Below are positions 26,458-36,400 of a stretch of 61,504 nt of DNA, piece by piece; position 1 is the first letter of the stretch, and each line of letters opens with the position of its first letter. Origin of the DNA: Pyrinomonadaceae bacterium (GTDB lineage Bacteria > Acidobacteriota > Blastocatellia > Pyrinomonadales > Pyrinomonadaceae); NCBI GenBank assembly GCA_035606195.1, contig DATNFX010000313.1, positions 1 through 61,504 of the forward strand, written 5' to 3'. Position numbers and translations under genes: made by a program. Under the pieces are notes generated by a model. It worked only from the letters and a program-made list of their open reading frames with translations, was not told the origin of the DNA and searched no databases.

Positions 26458-29400
26458 GTAACAACGACGTGATCGGAGCAACGCAAGGCATCGCTATCGT
26501 CGGCCTGGCCGGCCGGTTTCCGCGTGCCGGGACGGTCGCGGAGTTTTGGCGAAATCTCGTTGCAGGCACGAAGACCATTTCGTTCTTTAACGACGAGGAG
26601 TTGCGTGGGGAAGGAATTGCAAAGCACGTCATCGCCGATCCTTCTTACGTAAAGGCCAAGGGAATGCTCGAGGACATCGAGTGGTTCGACGCCCCGTTCT
26701 TTGGCATCACACCCAAGGAAGCCGAGCTGATGGATCCGCAACAGCGCCTTTTTCTTGAGTGTTGCTGGACCGCGCTTGAGGTTGCAGGCTACGACGCGGA
26801 ACAGTTCGCCGGCGCGATCGGGCTGTTTGCCGGCGCCAGCATCAACAGCTATCTGCTGCTGAATCTCTTATCAAATACGGGCCTGATCGATCGGACCGGC
26901 ATACTTCAGTCGTCAATTCCGAATCGCACCGATCATCTGACCACCAGGTCAGCCTACAAGCTGAATCTGAAAGGCCCTGCGGTTACGGTCCAAACGGCTT
27001 GTTCGACGTCGCTGGTCGCGGTGCATCTTGCTTGTCAAAGCTTGTCCAGTTACCAGTCAGACATTGCGCTAGCGGGCGGAGTTACGATCAGCGTTCCCGG
27101 TAAGTCGGGTTACTACTATCAGGAGGGCGGCGTGCTTTCGCCCGATGGTTACTGTCGTCCTTTCGATCACAAAGCGAAGGGCACTGTTGTCGGCAATGGA
27201 GTTGGAGTAGTCGTTCTCAAACGGCTTGTGGATGCGCTTGCTGATGGCGACTCGATTCACGCAGTAATCAAAGGTTCGGCGATCAATAACGACGGCTCGC
27301 TGAAGGTCGGCTACACGGCGCCAAGTCTCGAGGGCCAATTAGAAGTGATCGCCACGGCACAGGCGGTGGCGGCCATCAGTCCTGACACAGTCTCCTATGT
27401 TGAGGCACACGGGACCGGTACTGCGCTCGGAGATCCGATCGAGATCGCGGCGCTCACCGAAGTTTTCCGCGCGAGCACGGACCGCAAAAACTTCTGTGCA
27501 ATCGGATCGGTAAAGGCAAACATCGGACATCTCGACGTAGCTGCCGGTATTGCGGGCCTGATCAAGACAACACTCGCGCTTGAACACGGCGTGATCCCGC
27601 CAGTGCTGAATTTTGAGCAGCCAAATCTGCAGATAGATCTCGCGACCAGTCCTTTTTACATCAACCCTGCGCCAGTTGAGTGGAAGAGTAACGGCAAACC
27701 GAGACGCGCGGGCGTCAGTTCATTCGGCATCGGCGGCACAAATGCGCATGTCGTGCTTGAAGAAGCGCCGGCACGCGCCAAATCTGTTGCGTCACGTCCG
27801 AGTCAGTTGCTGTTGCTCTCCGCCGCGACCTCTTCGGCGCTGGAAACTGCAACCGCGAATCTCAGTACGTACCTTGAAAAGAACACCACTGTAGATCTTG
27901 CGGACGTTGCCCACACGCTTGCGCTTGGGCGCAAAGCTTTTCGTCATCGCCGCGTGCTTGCGGCCCAGGATGTGGGAGATGCAGTCCAGGCGCTAAATGC
28001 GCTTGATCCGCGGCGCGTCATGACCGCGTTGCAGGAACCACGAAACCGTCCGGTGATGTTCATGTTTCCGGGCCAGGGGGCGCAGTTCGTCAACATGGGG
28101 CGCGAGCTTTACGAAACAGAAGTTACCTTCCGCGCCGAAGTCGATTGTTGCGTTGAGCAACTGCGGCCGCACCTTGGACTCGATCTGCGCGAGATTCTCT
28201 ATCCGAAAGCCGGCGCGCTTGCATGGAGTGCAGAACAGTTGCGACAGACTGCGATCACGCAACCGGCACTTTTCGTCACGGAATATGCGCTCACGAAATT
28301 GTTCATGGAGTGGGGCGTACATCCTGCCGGAATGATCGGTCATAGCATCGGCGAGTTTGTCGCCGCCTGTCTCGCCGGGGTGCTTTCGTTGCCCGATGCC
28401 ATTGCTCTCGTAGCAAGCAGAGGCCGCCTGATGCAATCGGCTGAAAAAGGCGAGATGCTAATTGTGCCACTACCTGAAAGCGATCTTCAGGCGCTGCTTG
28501 GTCCGGACCTCTCAATCGCGTCCGTAAATGCTCCTTCACTTTGCGTAGTCGCTGGTCCAACAACTGCGATCGCCCGCCTGGACGAGACGTTGAGGGCCCA
28601 GGACGTGTCGTGTCGTCGCCTGGAAACTTCCCACGCGTTTCACTCGCAAATGATGGATCCGATTCTCGACGCGTTCCGGTCTGAAGTCGATCGAGCGAAG
28701 CTCAAGGCTCCCACAATCCCTTATGTTTCCAACCTGACGGGTACCTGGATCCGCGCCGAAGAGGCCACTGATCCGAACTATTGGGTAAGACAATTAAGGC
28801 AGACGGTGCGTTTCGGCGAAGGCGTGCTGCGGTTGTTCGAACAGCCTGATTCGATCCTCCTTGAAGTTGGACCAGGGAAGATGCTGATGACGATCGCGCG
28901 CTGGCATCCCGCAAAAACTGCCGGGCAGACAGTTTTAACTTCGCTGTCCGCTCCGAATGAACCCGCCTCGGATCTGATCGCGCTGCAAAACAGTTTGGGC
29001 AAACTTTGGCTCGCCGGCGTGAATATCAGTTGGCGCGACTTTTATGCGCACGAGCGGCGGCAGCGTATCTCCCTGCCAACTTATCCGTTTGAGCGTCGTC
29101 GTTACTGGATCGACCCTGCGAACCAAAACACGGCGTCGGCCGCTGAGTTTAACCTGCGGAAAAAATCTCATATCAGCGAGTGGTTTTACGTTCCCGGCTG
29201 GAAGAGTTCGGCGTTACCGGCACGTCTGGAATCAATCGCTGCGGATAAAAAAGACTCCGCATGGGTGTTGCTTGTCGACGAGTGCGGCATGGGCCAACGT
29301 CTCGCAGAGAAACTCAAGACCGCTGGTTGCGAAGTGATAACCGTGCCCGCCGGCGATCAATTCGCCGCGCGTGGTGAGAGAGAATTCGTAATCGCGCCGT

Positions 29401-32400
29401 CGTCCCGGCAAGACTTCGAACTGCTCCTGCAAAAACTCGATGAGCGCGGAACTCAGCCGGCGGGGTTCGTCCATCTTTGGAATGTGACGCCCGCGTTCGA
29501 TTCGCTCGACGACGTCGAGCAAGCGATTGACTGCGGCCGGCGCGGCTTTTACTCCCTGCTTTCACTTGCACAAGCACTCGGAAATCAAAACGAGTCGAAT
29601 CCGACCGAAGTAATAGTGGTGACCAATGATTTGCACCGCGTTACGGGCGACGAGACGTTATGTTCTGACAAGGCCACAGTCCTTGGCCCGTGTCGCGTCA
29701 TTCCACAGGAGTACAAACATGTCACCTGTCGCAGTGTCGATGTCACGTTGGACCATAACCAGGATCGGCTGGCCGAGTTGCTCGCGATTGAACTCTTAGC
29801 AAGACCGCCTGATAACACGATTGCCTACCGCAATCAGCAACGATGGGTACAAACATTCGAGCCATACCCGTTGCCGAAACCCGCTCACGAGGGCACACGG
29901 CTACGACAAAAAGGTGTGTACCTCGTCACGGGTGGTCTCGGCGGTATGGGTCTGGTTTTTGCCGAGCACTTTGCGAAAACGATGGGTGCCCGACTCGCGC
30001 TCGTTGGCCGTTCGGCTTTTCCCGCGCGCGAACGCTGGCGGCGCTGGCTTGGCACTCACGACGAACACGACGAAGTCTCCCAAAAAATTCGCCGAATACA
30101 GGAGTTAGAAACATACGGCGCGCGGGTGGAGGTCTTTAGTGCTGACGTAACCGATCTCGAGCAGATGAGAGCCGTGGTTGCGCAGGTCAATGAGCAGTTT
30201 GGACCAATCAATGGAGTCATTCACGCGGCCGGTGTTCCCGGCGGCGGCATGATCCAGCTCAAGACCGCGGAAAAAGCGGCGGCGATTCTCGCGCCGAAAG
30301 TTGAAGGCACACGAGTACTCGGCCAACTGTTCCAAAAGGCCGAACTGGATTTTCTTTTTCTCTGTTCGTCAAGAAGCTCCACTCTCGGTGGATATGGTCA
30401 GATCGATTATTGCGCTGCCAACAACTTCCTCGACGCTTTCGCGCATTACTACACTGCGAAGACCGGGACGTTTACTGTCGCAGCTGCCTGGGACGGCTGG
30501 CAGGAAGTGGGAATGCTGGTCAAAACAGCGTCGCAATACGGCGTCGCAAAACTATCGAAGCAGAGCACCAATCATCCATTACTGGCCCAACGAATTGCCC
30601 AGCCGGACGGCCGCGAAACTTACATTACTCGGTTCGGCGTAGCGGACAGTTGGATACTTGAAGAGCACCGTATCGGCGGGAGAGCCGTGTTGCCCGGCGT
30701 CACTTATCTGGAGATGGCGCGCGCCGCCTTCGAGCAACTCAGTGGTGTCGCGGGACCAATCGAGTTGCGCGACGTATTTTTCGTCACGCCCATGAGTCTC
30801 GCTGATGACGAGAAGAGAGACGTGCGTCTTGTGCTCGAGCGAAAAGGTGAAGGTTACAAATTCCTGGCGTCGAGTAAAGCGTCGGGCAACGGCGACACGG
30901 AGCTGGATTGGCAGGACCACGCCGTCGGTGAAGTCGGACTGGCAGACTCCAGAGCGCCGCGTCAGCACGATCTACAGGAAATCATCAGGCGCTGCAACAA
31001 GCAGGAGTTTCTCGTCAGTGACGACGAACGCGATCCGGACCTCGGACCACGTTGGCAGAACATCAGGAAAGTCTATCTCGGCGAGCGCGAGATGGTCGTC
31101 ATCTTCGAGCTGAACGAAGTTTTCGCGGCTGACCTGGACCAATTAAAGCTCCATCCTTCACTCCTCGATCGAGCGGCCGGCACGGGAATGCTCTACATGG
31201 AGCTCGAAGGCATCTACCTCCCGATGTCTTACAAACGACTGCGCGTCGAACGTCCTCTGCCGCGACGGATCTTCGCGCACATCAGGGAGTCTGAAGACAA
31301 TTATTCCAAACGAGAGACGATTACATTTGACGTTTTCATCATGGACGAGAACGGCAATGAGCTGGTCGAGATTGCAGAGTTTAGCGAGAAGCGAATCAAC
31401 GACTTGACCCAGCAGGTGCGCGCGATGGGCGATAAGAACGCCAGCGTTAACCTCAGTGAAACGGTGGCTGCCGCTGCCGGAAACATTTACGAAGAAAGTC
31501 TTCGTGAAGGAATCACGTCGCGCGAAGGTGTTGACGTTCTGACGCGCATTCTTGATGGTGCGACCGTTCCTCACGTGATTGTTTCGACAAAGGACCTCGC
31601 AGCTTCGATAGCCGAAGCCAATGCGTTCGTCGAAACGAAAGTCTCGGCGGAGATCGCCAGGCTCCAGGTCGCACGCCCGTCGCACCCACGGCCGGATTTG
31701 CAAGCCGACTATGCGCCGCCCCGTAACGAAGTCGAAGCGATGCTTGCGGGCATCATGCAGGAAGCGCTCGGCGTGGATCGTGTCGGTATCAACGACAACT
31801 TCTTTGAGCTGGGCGGCGATTCGGTCCTCAGCATTCAAATTATCGCCCGCGTGAATCGCGCCGGATGGCGCATAACGCCGCAGCAGCTCTTCCAACACCA
31901 AACGATAGCTGAACTTGCCACCGTCACTGTCAAAACGGACGAGCCGGCCGCGCCGCCCGACGCCACTCCGCCGAAAGGAGTGCCCACCGGTTTCGGAGTA
32001 GCGGGCCTTGCAGGACGAAAGCTCAACAAGCTGTCGCGACTGCTGGAAGAGGAAGATGATTTCGACGATCAAGAAGAAGACGGATCGGTTGCTGAACCGT
32101 TCACGCAAGTCATTTCTGTTCCGGGTAACGGCTCAGGATCGATCCCAACGAGGAAAATCGATTTCAGTCTCTTCTATTTTGCCGCCGACAACAGCAAATC
32201 GGGCGCGGACAAATATCGACTCTATCTTGAGGGGGCAAAGTTTGCCGACGAGAACAACTTCGAGGCAGTGTGGACACCGGAACGTCATTTTCACGAAAGC
32301 GGCGGACTCTACCCAAATCCTTCTGTCTTGAGTGCCGCGCTCGCCGCGGTCACGAAACGGATCAAGCTGCGCGCCGGAAGTGTGGTGTTACCACTGCACC

Positions 32401-33242
32401 ACTCGATACGCGTCGCGGAGGAGTGGTCCGTCGTCGACAACCTTTCGAACGGACGCGTCGGAGTGTCGTTTACGTCGGGTTGGATTCCAAACGACTTCGC
32501 ATTTTTCCCCGAACGCTTCGCCAACAAACGCGAGGAAATGCTGCACGGAATCCGGGAAGTACAACAACTCTGGCGCGGCGAGACGATTGCCGCAATCGAC
32601 GGTGCAGGGAAGAGTCGAGAACTCAGAATTTTGCCGCGACCAATTCAACCTGAGTTGCCGATCTGGCTTACGTGCAGCGGAGATCCACAAATGTTCGTCA
32701 AGGCGGGTGAGTTAGGACTCAACGTTTTGACCGCGCTGCTCTCTCAATCGGTGGAAGAGGTAGCGAGCAAGATAAAACTCTATCGCGATGCCCGGGCCCG
32801 CCACGCACACGATCCTGATACCGGCCGTGTCACGCTAATGCTTCACACCTTCGTGGGAAAGGAAGAGCAGACCGTCGTGGATATCACGCGTGGTCCTTTG
32901 AGCGAGTACCTCAACGCGCATGTGGGTTTGATCGAAACGATGACACAGAGTCTCGACATCAAGCTCGACATTAATAAGGAGCAATATCTCGACTCGCTCA
33001 TCGATTTCGCTCTTGAGCGCTATTACCACATTGCCTCTTTGATCGGCACGCCGCAGAAATGCCTGCCCCTGGTTAACCGGCTCCGCGATATCGGCGTGGA
33101 CGAGCTGGCTTGCTTCATCGATTTCGGTGTCCAGGTAGACGCGGTGCTCGATGCGTTGAGGCCTTTGCATGAGCTCAAGGAGCTCAGTGAAACAGCCGTC
33201 CCTAAGCAGAATTCGCAGCTTGCGCGATCGGAATCTGCGTAA
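26454..33242 (+). CDS. PKS module with NRPS-type carrier and terminal monooxygenase: KS-AT-KR-DH-T-LLM
   Basis: The ATGA start overlaps the upstream stop. KS Cys at 27000 (TACSTSL), plus EAHGTGT and KANIGH. AT GHSIGE (Ser 28344) with HAFH (malonyl-type). KR GVYLVTGGLGGMG (~29912). DH HPLL...EEHRIGGRAVLPG (His 30666) and LHPSLLD. T GGDS (Ser 31821). Luciferase-like monooxygenase domain from ~32154 (FSLFYFA...WTPERHF...). Confidence 0.95.
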   Translation: MSNNDVIGATQGIAIVGLAGRFPRAGTVAEFWRNLVAGTKTISFFNDEELRGEGIAKHVIADPSYVKAKGMLEDIEWFDAPFFGITPKEAELMDPQQRLFLECCWTALEVAGYDAEQFAGAIGLFAGASINSYLLLNLLSNTGLIDRTGILQSSIPNRTDHLTTRSAYKLNLKGPAVTVQTACSTSLVAVHLACQSLSSYQSDIALAGGVTISVPGKSGYYYQEGGVLSPDGYCRPFDHKAKGTVVGNGVGVVVLKRLVDALADGDSIHAVIKGSAINNDGSLKVGYTAPSLEGQLEVIATAQAVAAISPDTVSYVEAHGTGTALGDPIEIAALTEVFRASTDRKNFCAIGSVKANIGHLDVAAGIAGLIKTTLALEHGVIPPVLNFEQPNLQIDLATSPFYINPAPVEWKSNGKPRRAGVSSFGIGGTNAHVVLEEAPARAKSVASRPSQLLLLSAATSSALETATANLSTYLEKNTTVDLADVAHTLALGRKAFRHRRVLAAQDVGDAVQALNALDPRRVMTALQEPRNRPVMFMFPGQGAQFVNMGRELYETEVTFRAEVDCCVEQLRPHLGLDLREILYPKAGALAWSAEQLRQTAITQPALFVTEYALTKLFMEWGVHPAGMIGHSIGEFVAACLAGVLSLPDAIALVASRGRLMQSAEKGEMLIVPLPESDLQALLGPDLSIASVNAPSLCVVAGPTTAIARLDETLRAQDVSCRRLETSHAFHSQMMDPILDAFRSEVDRAKLKAPTIPYVSNLTGTWIRAEEATDPNYWVRQLRQTVRFGEGVLRLFEQPDSILLEVGPGKMLMTIARWHPAKTAGQTVLTSLSAPNEPASDLIALQNSLGKLWLAGVNISWRDFYAHERRQRISLPTYPFERRRYWIDPANQNTASAAEFNLRKKSHISEWFYVPGWKSSALPARLESIAADKKDSAWVLLVDECGMGQRLAEKLKTAGCEVITVPAGDQFAARGEREFVIAPSSRQDFELLLQKLDERGTQPAGFVHLWNVTPAFDSLDDVEQAIDCGRRGFYSLLSLAQALGNQNESNPTEVIVVTNDLHRVTGDETLCSDKATVLGPCRVIPQEYKHVTCRSVDVTLDHNQDRLAELLAIELLARPPDNTIAYRNQQRWVQTFEPYPLPKPAHEGTRLRQKGVYLVTGGLGGMGLVFAEHFAKTMGARLALVGRSAFPARERWRRWLGTHDEHDEVSQKIRRIQELETYGARVEVFSADVTDLEQMRAVVAQVNEQFGPINGVIHAAGVPGGGMIQLKTAEKAAAILAPKVEGTRVLGQLFQKAELDFLFLCSSRSSTLGGYGQIDYCAANNFLDAFAHYYTAKTGTFTVAAAWDGWQEVGMLVKTASQYGVAKLSKQSTNHPLLAQRIAQPDGRETYITRFGVADSWILEEHRIGGRAVLPGVTYLEMARAAFEQLSGVAGPIELRDVFFVTPMSLADDEKRDVRLVLERKGEGYKFLASSKASGNGDTELDWQDHAVGEVGLADSRAPRQHDLQEIIRRCNKQEFLVSDDERDPDLGPRWQNIRKVYLGEREMVVIFELNEVFAADLDQLKLHPSLLDRAAGTGMLYMELEGIYLPMSYKRLRVERPLPRRIFAHIRESEDNYSKRETITFDVFIMDENGNELVEIAEFSEKRINDLTQQVRAMGDKNASVNLSETVAAAAGNIYEESLREGITSREGVDVLTRILDGATVPHVIVSTKDLAASIAEANAFVETKVSAEIARLQVARPSHPRPDLQADYAPPRNEVEAMLAGIMQEALGVDRVGINDNFFELGGDSVLSIQIIARVNRAGWRITPQQLFQHQTIAELATVTVKTDEPAAPPDATPPKGVPTGFGVAGLAGRKLNKLSRLLEEEDDFDDQEEDGSVAEPFTQVISVPGNGSGSIPTRKIDFSLFYFAADNSKSGADKYRLYLEGAKFADENNFEAVWTPERHFHESGGLYPNPSVLSAALAAVTKRIKLRAGSVVLPLHHSIRVAEEWSVVDNLSNGRVGVSFTSGWIPNDFAFFPERFANKREEMLHGIREVQQLWRGETIAAIDGAGKSRELRILPRPIQPELPIWLTCSGDPQMFVKAGELGLNVLTALLSQSVEEVASKIKLYRDARARHAHDPDTGRVTLMLHTFVGKEEQTVVDITRGPLSEYLNAHVGLIETMTQSLDIKLDINKEQYLDSLIDFALERYYHIASLIGTPQKCLPLVNRLRDIGVDELACFIDFGVQVDAVLDALRPLHELKELSETAVPKQNSQLARSESA
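32154..33239 (+). other. C-terminal luciferase-like monooxygenase (LLM) domain
   Basis: KIDFSLFYFAADNS...AKFADENNFEAVWTPERHFHESGGLYPNPSVLSAALA...GRVGVSFTSGW resembles the FMN-dependent LLM domains fused to NRPS/PKS (MupA/MtaG-Ox type). Confidence 0.75.
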
Positions 33243-33281
33243 ATTTTCACGGGGTTCTGGGTAGTGCCTCAATTTCAATTG

Positions 33282-33380
33282 TTCTCTTTGCAACCTCTGT
33301 GTTCTCTGTGCCTCTGTGGTCATAGGAATGCACGATACAACAACCACAAGACACAGAGAGCACAGAGGTTGCAAAGAGAA
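33282..33380. repeat. long imperfect inverted repeat (39/38-nt arms, 22-nt loop) with internal CTCTGTG tandem units
   Basis: Left arm 33282-33320 (TTCTCTTTGCAACCTCTGTGTTCTCTGTGCCTCTGTGGT). Right arm 33343-33380 is its near-perfect reverse complement: the first 20 nt are identical, followed by 2 mismatches and a 1-nt gap. Confidence 0.85.
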
Positions 33381-33420
33381 GTTCAGCAAGAGACTTAAAG
33401 GGTAAATCAGGTTTCGAACA

Positions 33421-36400
33421 ATGAAAATGAAGAACGTCGAAGATATCTATCCGCTTTCGCCGATGCAGGAAGGAATTCTCTTCCACACGCGACACGATCC
33501 GGCGTTTGCGATGTACTTCGAAATTATCACCGGCACAATGCACGGTGAGGTGGATCTCAGTGCGTTCGCACGCGCCTGGCAGTCGGTGGTAGACCGCCAC
33601 GCGGTATTGCGAACGGCTTTCGTCTGGGAAGGACTAGACGAGCCCATCCAGGTGGTACGAAGGCGCGCGAAGTTGACCGTGACTAATCACGACTGGCGAT
33701 CTTTGACCATCGACGAACAGTCGAATGCGCTCGCGGAACTGTTTGCGGCTGAACGTGCGCTTGGTTTTGATCTCTCCAAAGCCCCATTGATGCGCGTTGC
33801 CCTCATTCAGACTGGCGCCGGCTCTTACCGTTTTGTTTGGACTTACTATCACGGTCTGGTCGATGGTTGGTCAGGCTCGCTTGTTTTCAACGACGTTCTT
33901 CTCTTCTACGAAGCGTTGACTAACGGCGTCGAGATCAACTTACCGGCCGCCCCTTCTTTTCGCAGCTACATTGATTGGGTCCGCAGCCATGACTTCGCTG
34001 AAGCCCGCGAGTACTGGCGGCGCACGTTGAGAGGATTCAAGGCCGCGACGCCCATAGATTTTGTAAGCCCGCATGAGACCAGCTCCTCGGATAGGACAAC
34101 GAGTTATCGCGAACGGGAGTTTAACCTAAACGCAGAAACAACCGCCCGCCTGCTGCGACTGTCACGTCAGGAGCGGTTGACGTTGAACACAATCTGCCAG
34201 GGCGCGTGGGCCATTTTGCTGCATCGCTACAGCGGCCAGCGAGACGTCGTGTTTGGTGTGACCGTGTCGGGTCGTCCGCCGGAGCTCGAACACATCGAAA
34301 CGATGATCGGCATGCTCATCAATACGCTGCCCGCGCGTATTGAAGTGACGCCCGATGCGAAGTTAGTCCCCTGGCTCAAGGACATTCAGGCGCGGCAGTG
34401 GGAAATGCGGCAGTACGAATACAGTCCGCTGGTTGAAGTCCAGGGTTTGAGCGATGTGCCTCGCACCAATCCACTGTTCGATTCGATCGTCTCTTTTGAA
34501 AACCATCCGATCGATCATTCGCTCTTGAAGAGGAATGACCGCGCTCAGGTGCGCGACGTGGTCCACTATCACACCGCCACCGGTTACCCAATCAATATCA
34601 TCATCGAACCCGGCGCCGAGCTGTCGGTAAAACTGCTGTACGACTTTGGCCGAATTGACGATGCCAGAGTGGATCGCATCCTGGGCCATCTCGGACATTT
34701 GCTGACGGACATTGCCGCCGATCCGGATCGAATAATTTCGAAATTCGCAGTACTTACGCCTCACGAACAACAAGAACTGCTCGTCGAGTGGAATATGACG
34801 GCAGCGGAATACCGCCGCGACGTTTGTTTGCACGAGTTGTTTGAGGAGCAGGTGGAACGCGCGCCTGAGAGGCCCGCAGTTGTCTTTCGTGACCGGCAAT
34901 TGAGCTTTTCAGAATTGAACGCGCAGGCCAATCAGCTCGCCCGTTACCTGCGGCGACTGGGTGTGGGCCCGGAAGTCAGAGTCGCTGTGTGCATGGAACG
35001 TTCGGTGGAAATGGTCCTGGGAATGATCGCCACTCTGAAAGCCGGCGGCGTTTATGTGCCGCTCGATCCGTCACAGCCTACACAACGCCTGAAGTTCTTG
35101 TTTGGCGATGCAAATGTTCGCGTCGTACTGACGCAGAAAGCGCTCACGGAACTGCTGCCGGCGTGTGATTCAGAAATCGTTTGCCTGGACGAATGCCTGA
35201 CACAACCCGAGTACACGACAAATCTGCCGGTCAGCACGACAGCGGAAAGTCTCGCTTACGTGATTTACACGTCAGGCTCAACGGGTACGCCGAAAGGCGT
35301 GATGGTCCAGCATCGCTCCGCAGTCAATCTGGTAGGCGCGTTACAACAAGAAATCTACCAGGATCAGAACGATGCGTTGCGCGTGGGCCTGAATGCACAG
35401 GTGATATTCGACGCGTCAATCAAGCAACTGTTGCAACTTCTTTCCGGCCATACGTTGGTAGTGGTTCCCGAAGAAATACGGGCGAATCCGGATGAGTTAC
35501 TGGGCCACGTCGCTGAGCAGCAGTTGGACGTGCTTGATTGCACACCATCACAACTGCAACTGCTTTTAACTTCGAAATCGTGGCGTGAGAGGCGACCAAA
35601 GTTGATGCTAATTGGCGGCGAATCGTTGCGCAGCCATCTCTGGGACCGTCTTGCCGCGGAACAGGGTACAGAGTTCTACAACGTCTATGGTCCAACCGAG
35701 TGTACGGTTGATGCCGCGATCGGTCACATCCGTACCGCCGGTGAGCCGCCCAACATCGGACGCCCGATAAACAATACGAGAATCTATCTGCTCGACGATC
35801 GACAACAGCCGGCGCCGTTGGGAGTGCGTGGTGAGATCTGTGTCGCCGGTGAGTGTCTCGCGCGCGGCTATCTGAATGGGCCGGAGTCAACGGCGGAGAA
35901 GTTCATCCCTGAACCGTTTTCGGGAGCGGCAGGCGCGCGAATGTATCGCACTGGCGATGTGGGCCGCTATCTCGAAGACGGGCGTTTGCAGTTTGTAGGA
36001 CGCGCCGACCACCAGGTGAAGGTACGTGGCGTGCGCATCGAGCTGGGCGAGATTGAGACCGCTCTTAGACAACACCACGGCGTGCGCGACGCGGTGGTCC
36101 AGGCCCACGGCGAGTCTTCGGAAGATCGACGCCTGGTTGCTTATGTTGTGCCGGAGCGTACCCGAAGTTTGCCGCTCGTAGCAAAATCCAATGGAGACGA
36201 TCTCTTAGCCGGCAAACAAGTATCGAAACTCCCGAACGGCATGGTCATAGCGGGCCACGGCAGTCTGCAGGCGAGTGGCGTGTATCGCGAGATCTTCGAA
36301 GACAGGATCTACATGAAGCACGGCATTCGCCTGGACGAAAACGCCTGTGTCTTCGATGTAGGCGCAAACATCGGTCTCTTCACGTTGTTTGTAAAGCAAC

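Noticed and set aside
31158-32108. Long antisense ORFs inside the megasynthase genes (for example 31158..32108, 36205..37107, 37861..38673, 13531..14558 region, 23518..24063)
   Set aside because: They overlap + strand frames that carry dense, ordered NRPS/PKS core motifs. Their translations are Arg/Ser/Ala-rich and low-complexity, typical of the antisense strand of GC-rich coding DNA.
33282-33320. Possible CRISPR-like or tandem array (three CTCTGTG-containing 9-mers)
   Set aside because: The units are contiguous with no spacers and form one arm of a long inverted repeat. No cas genes or repeat-spacer periodicity are present.
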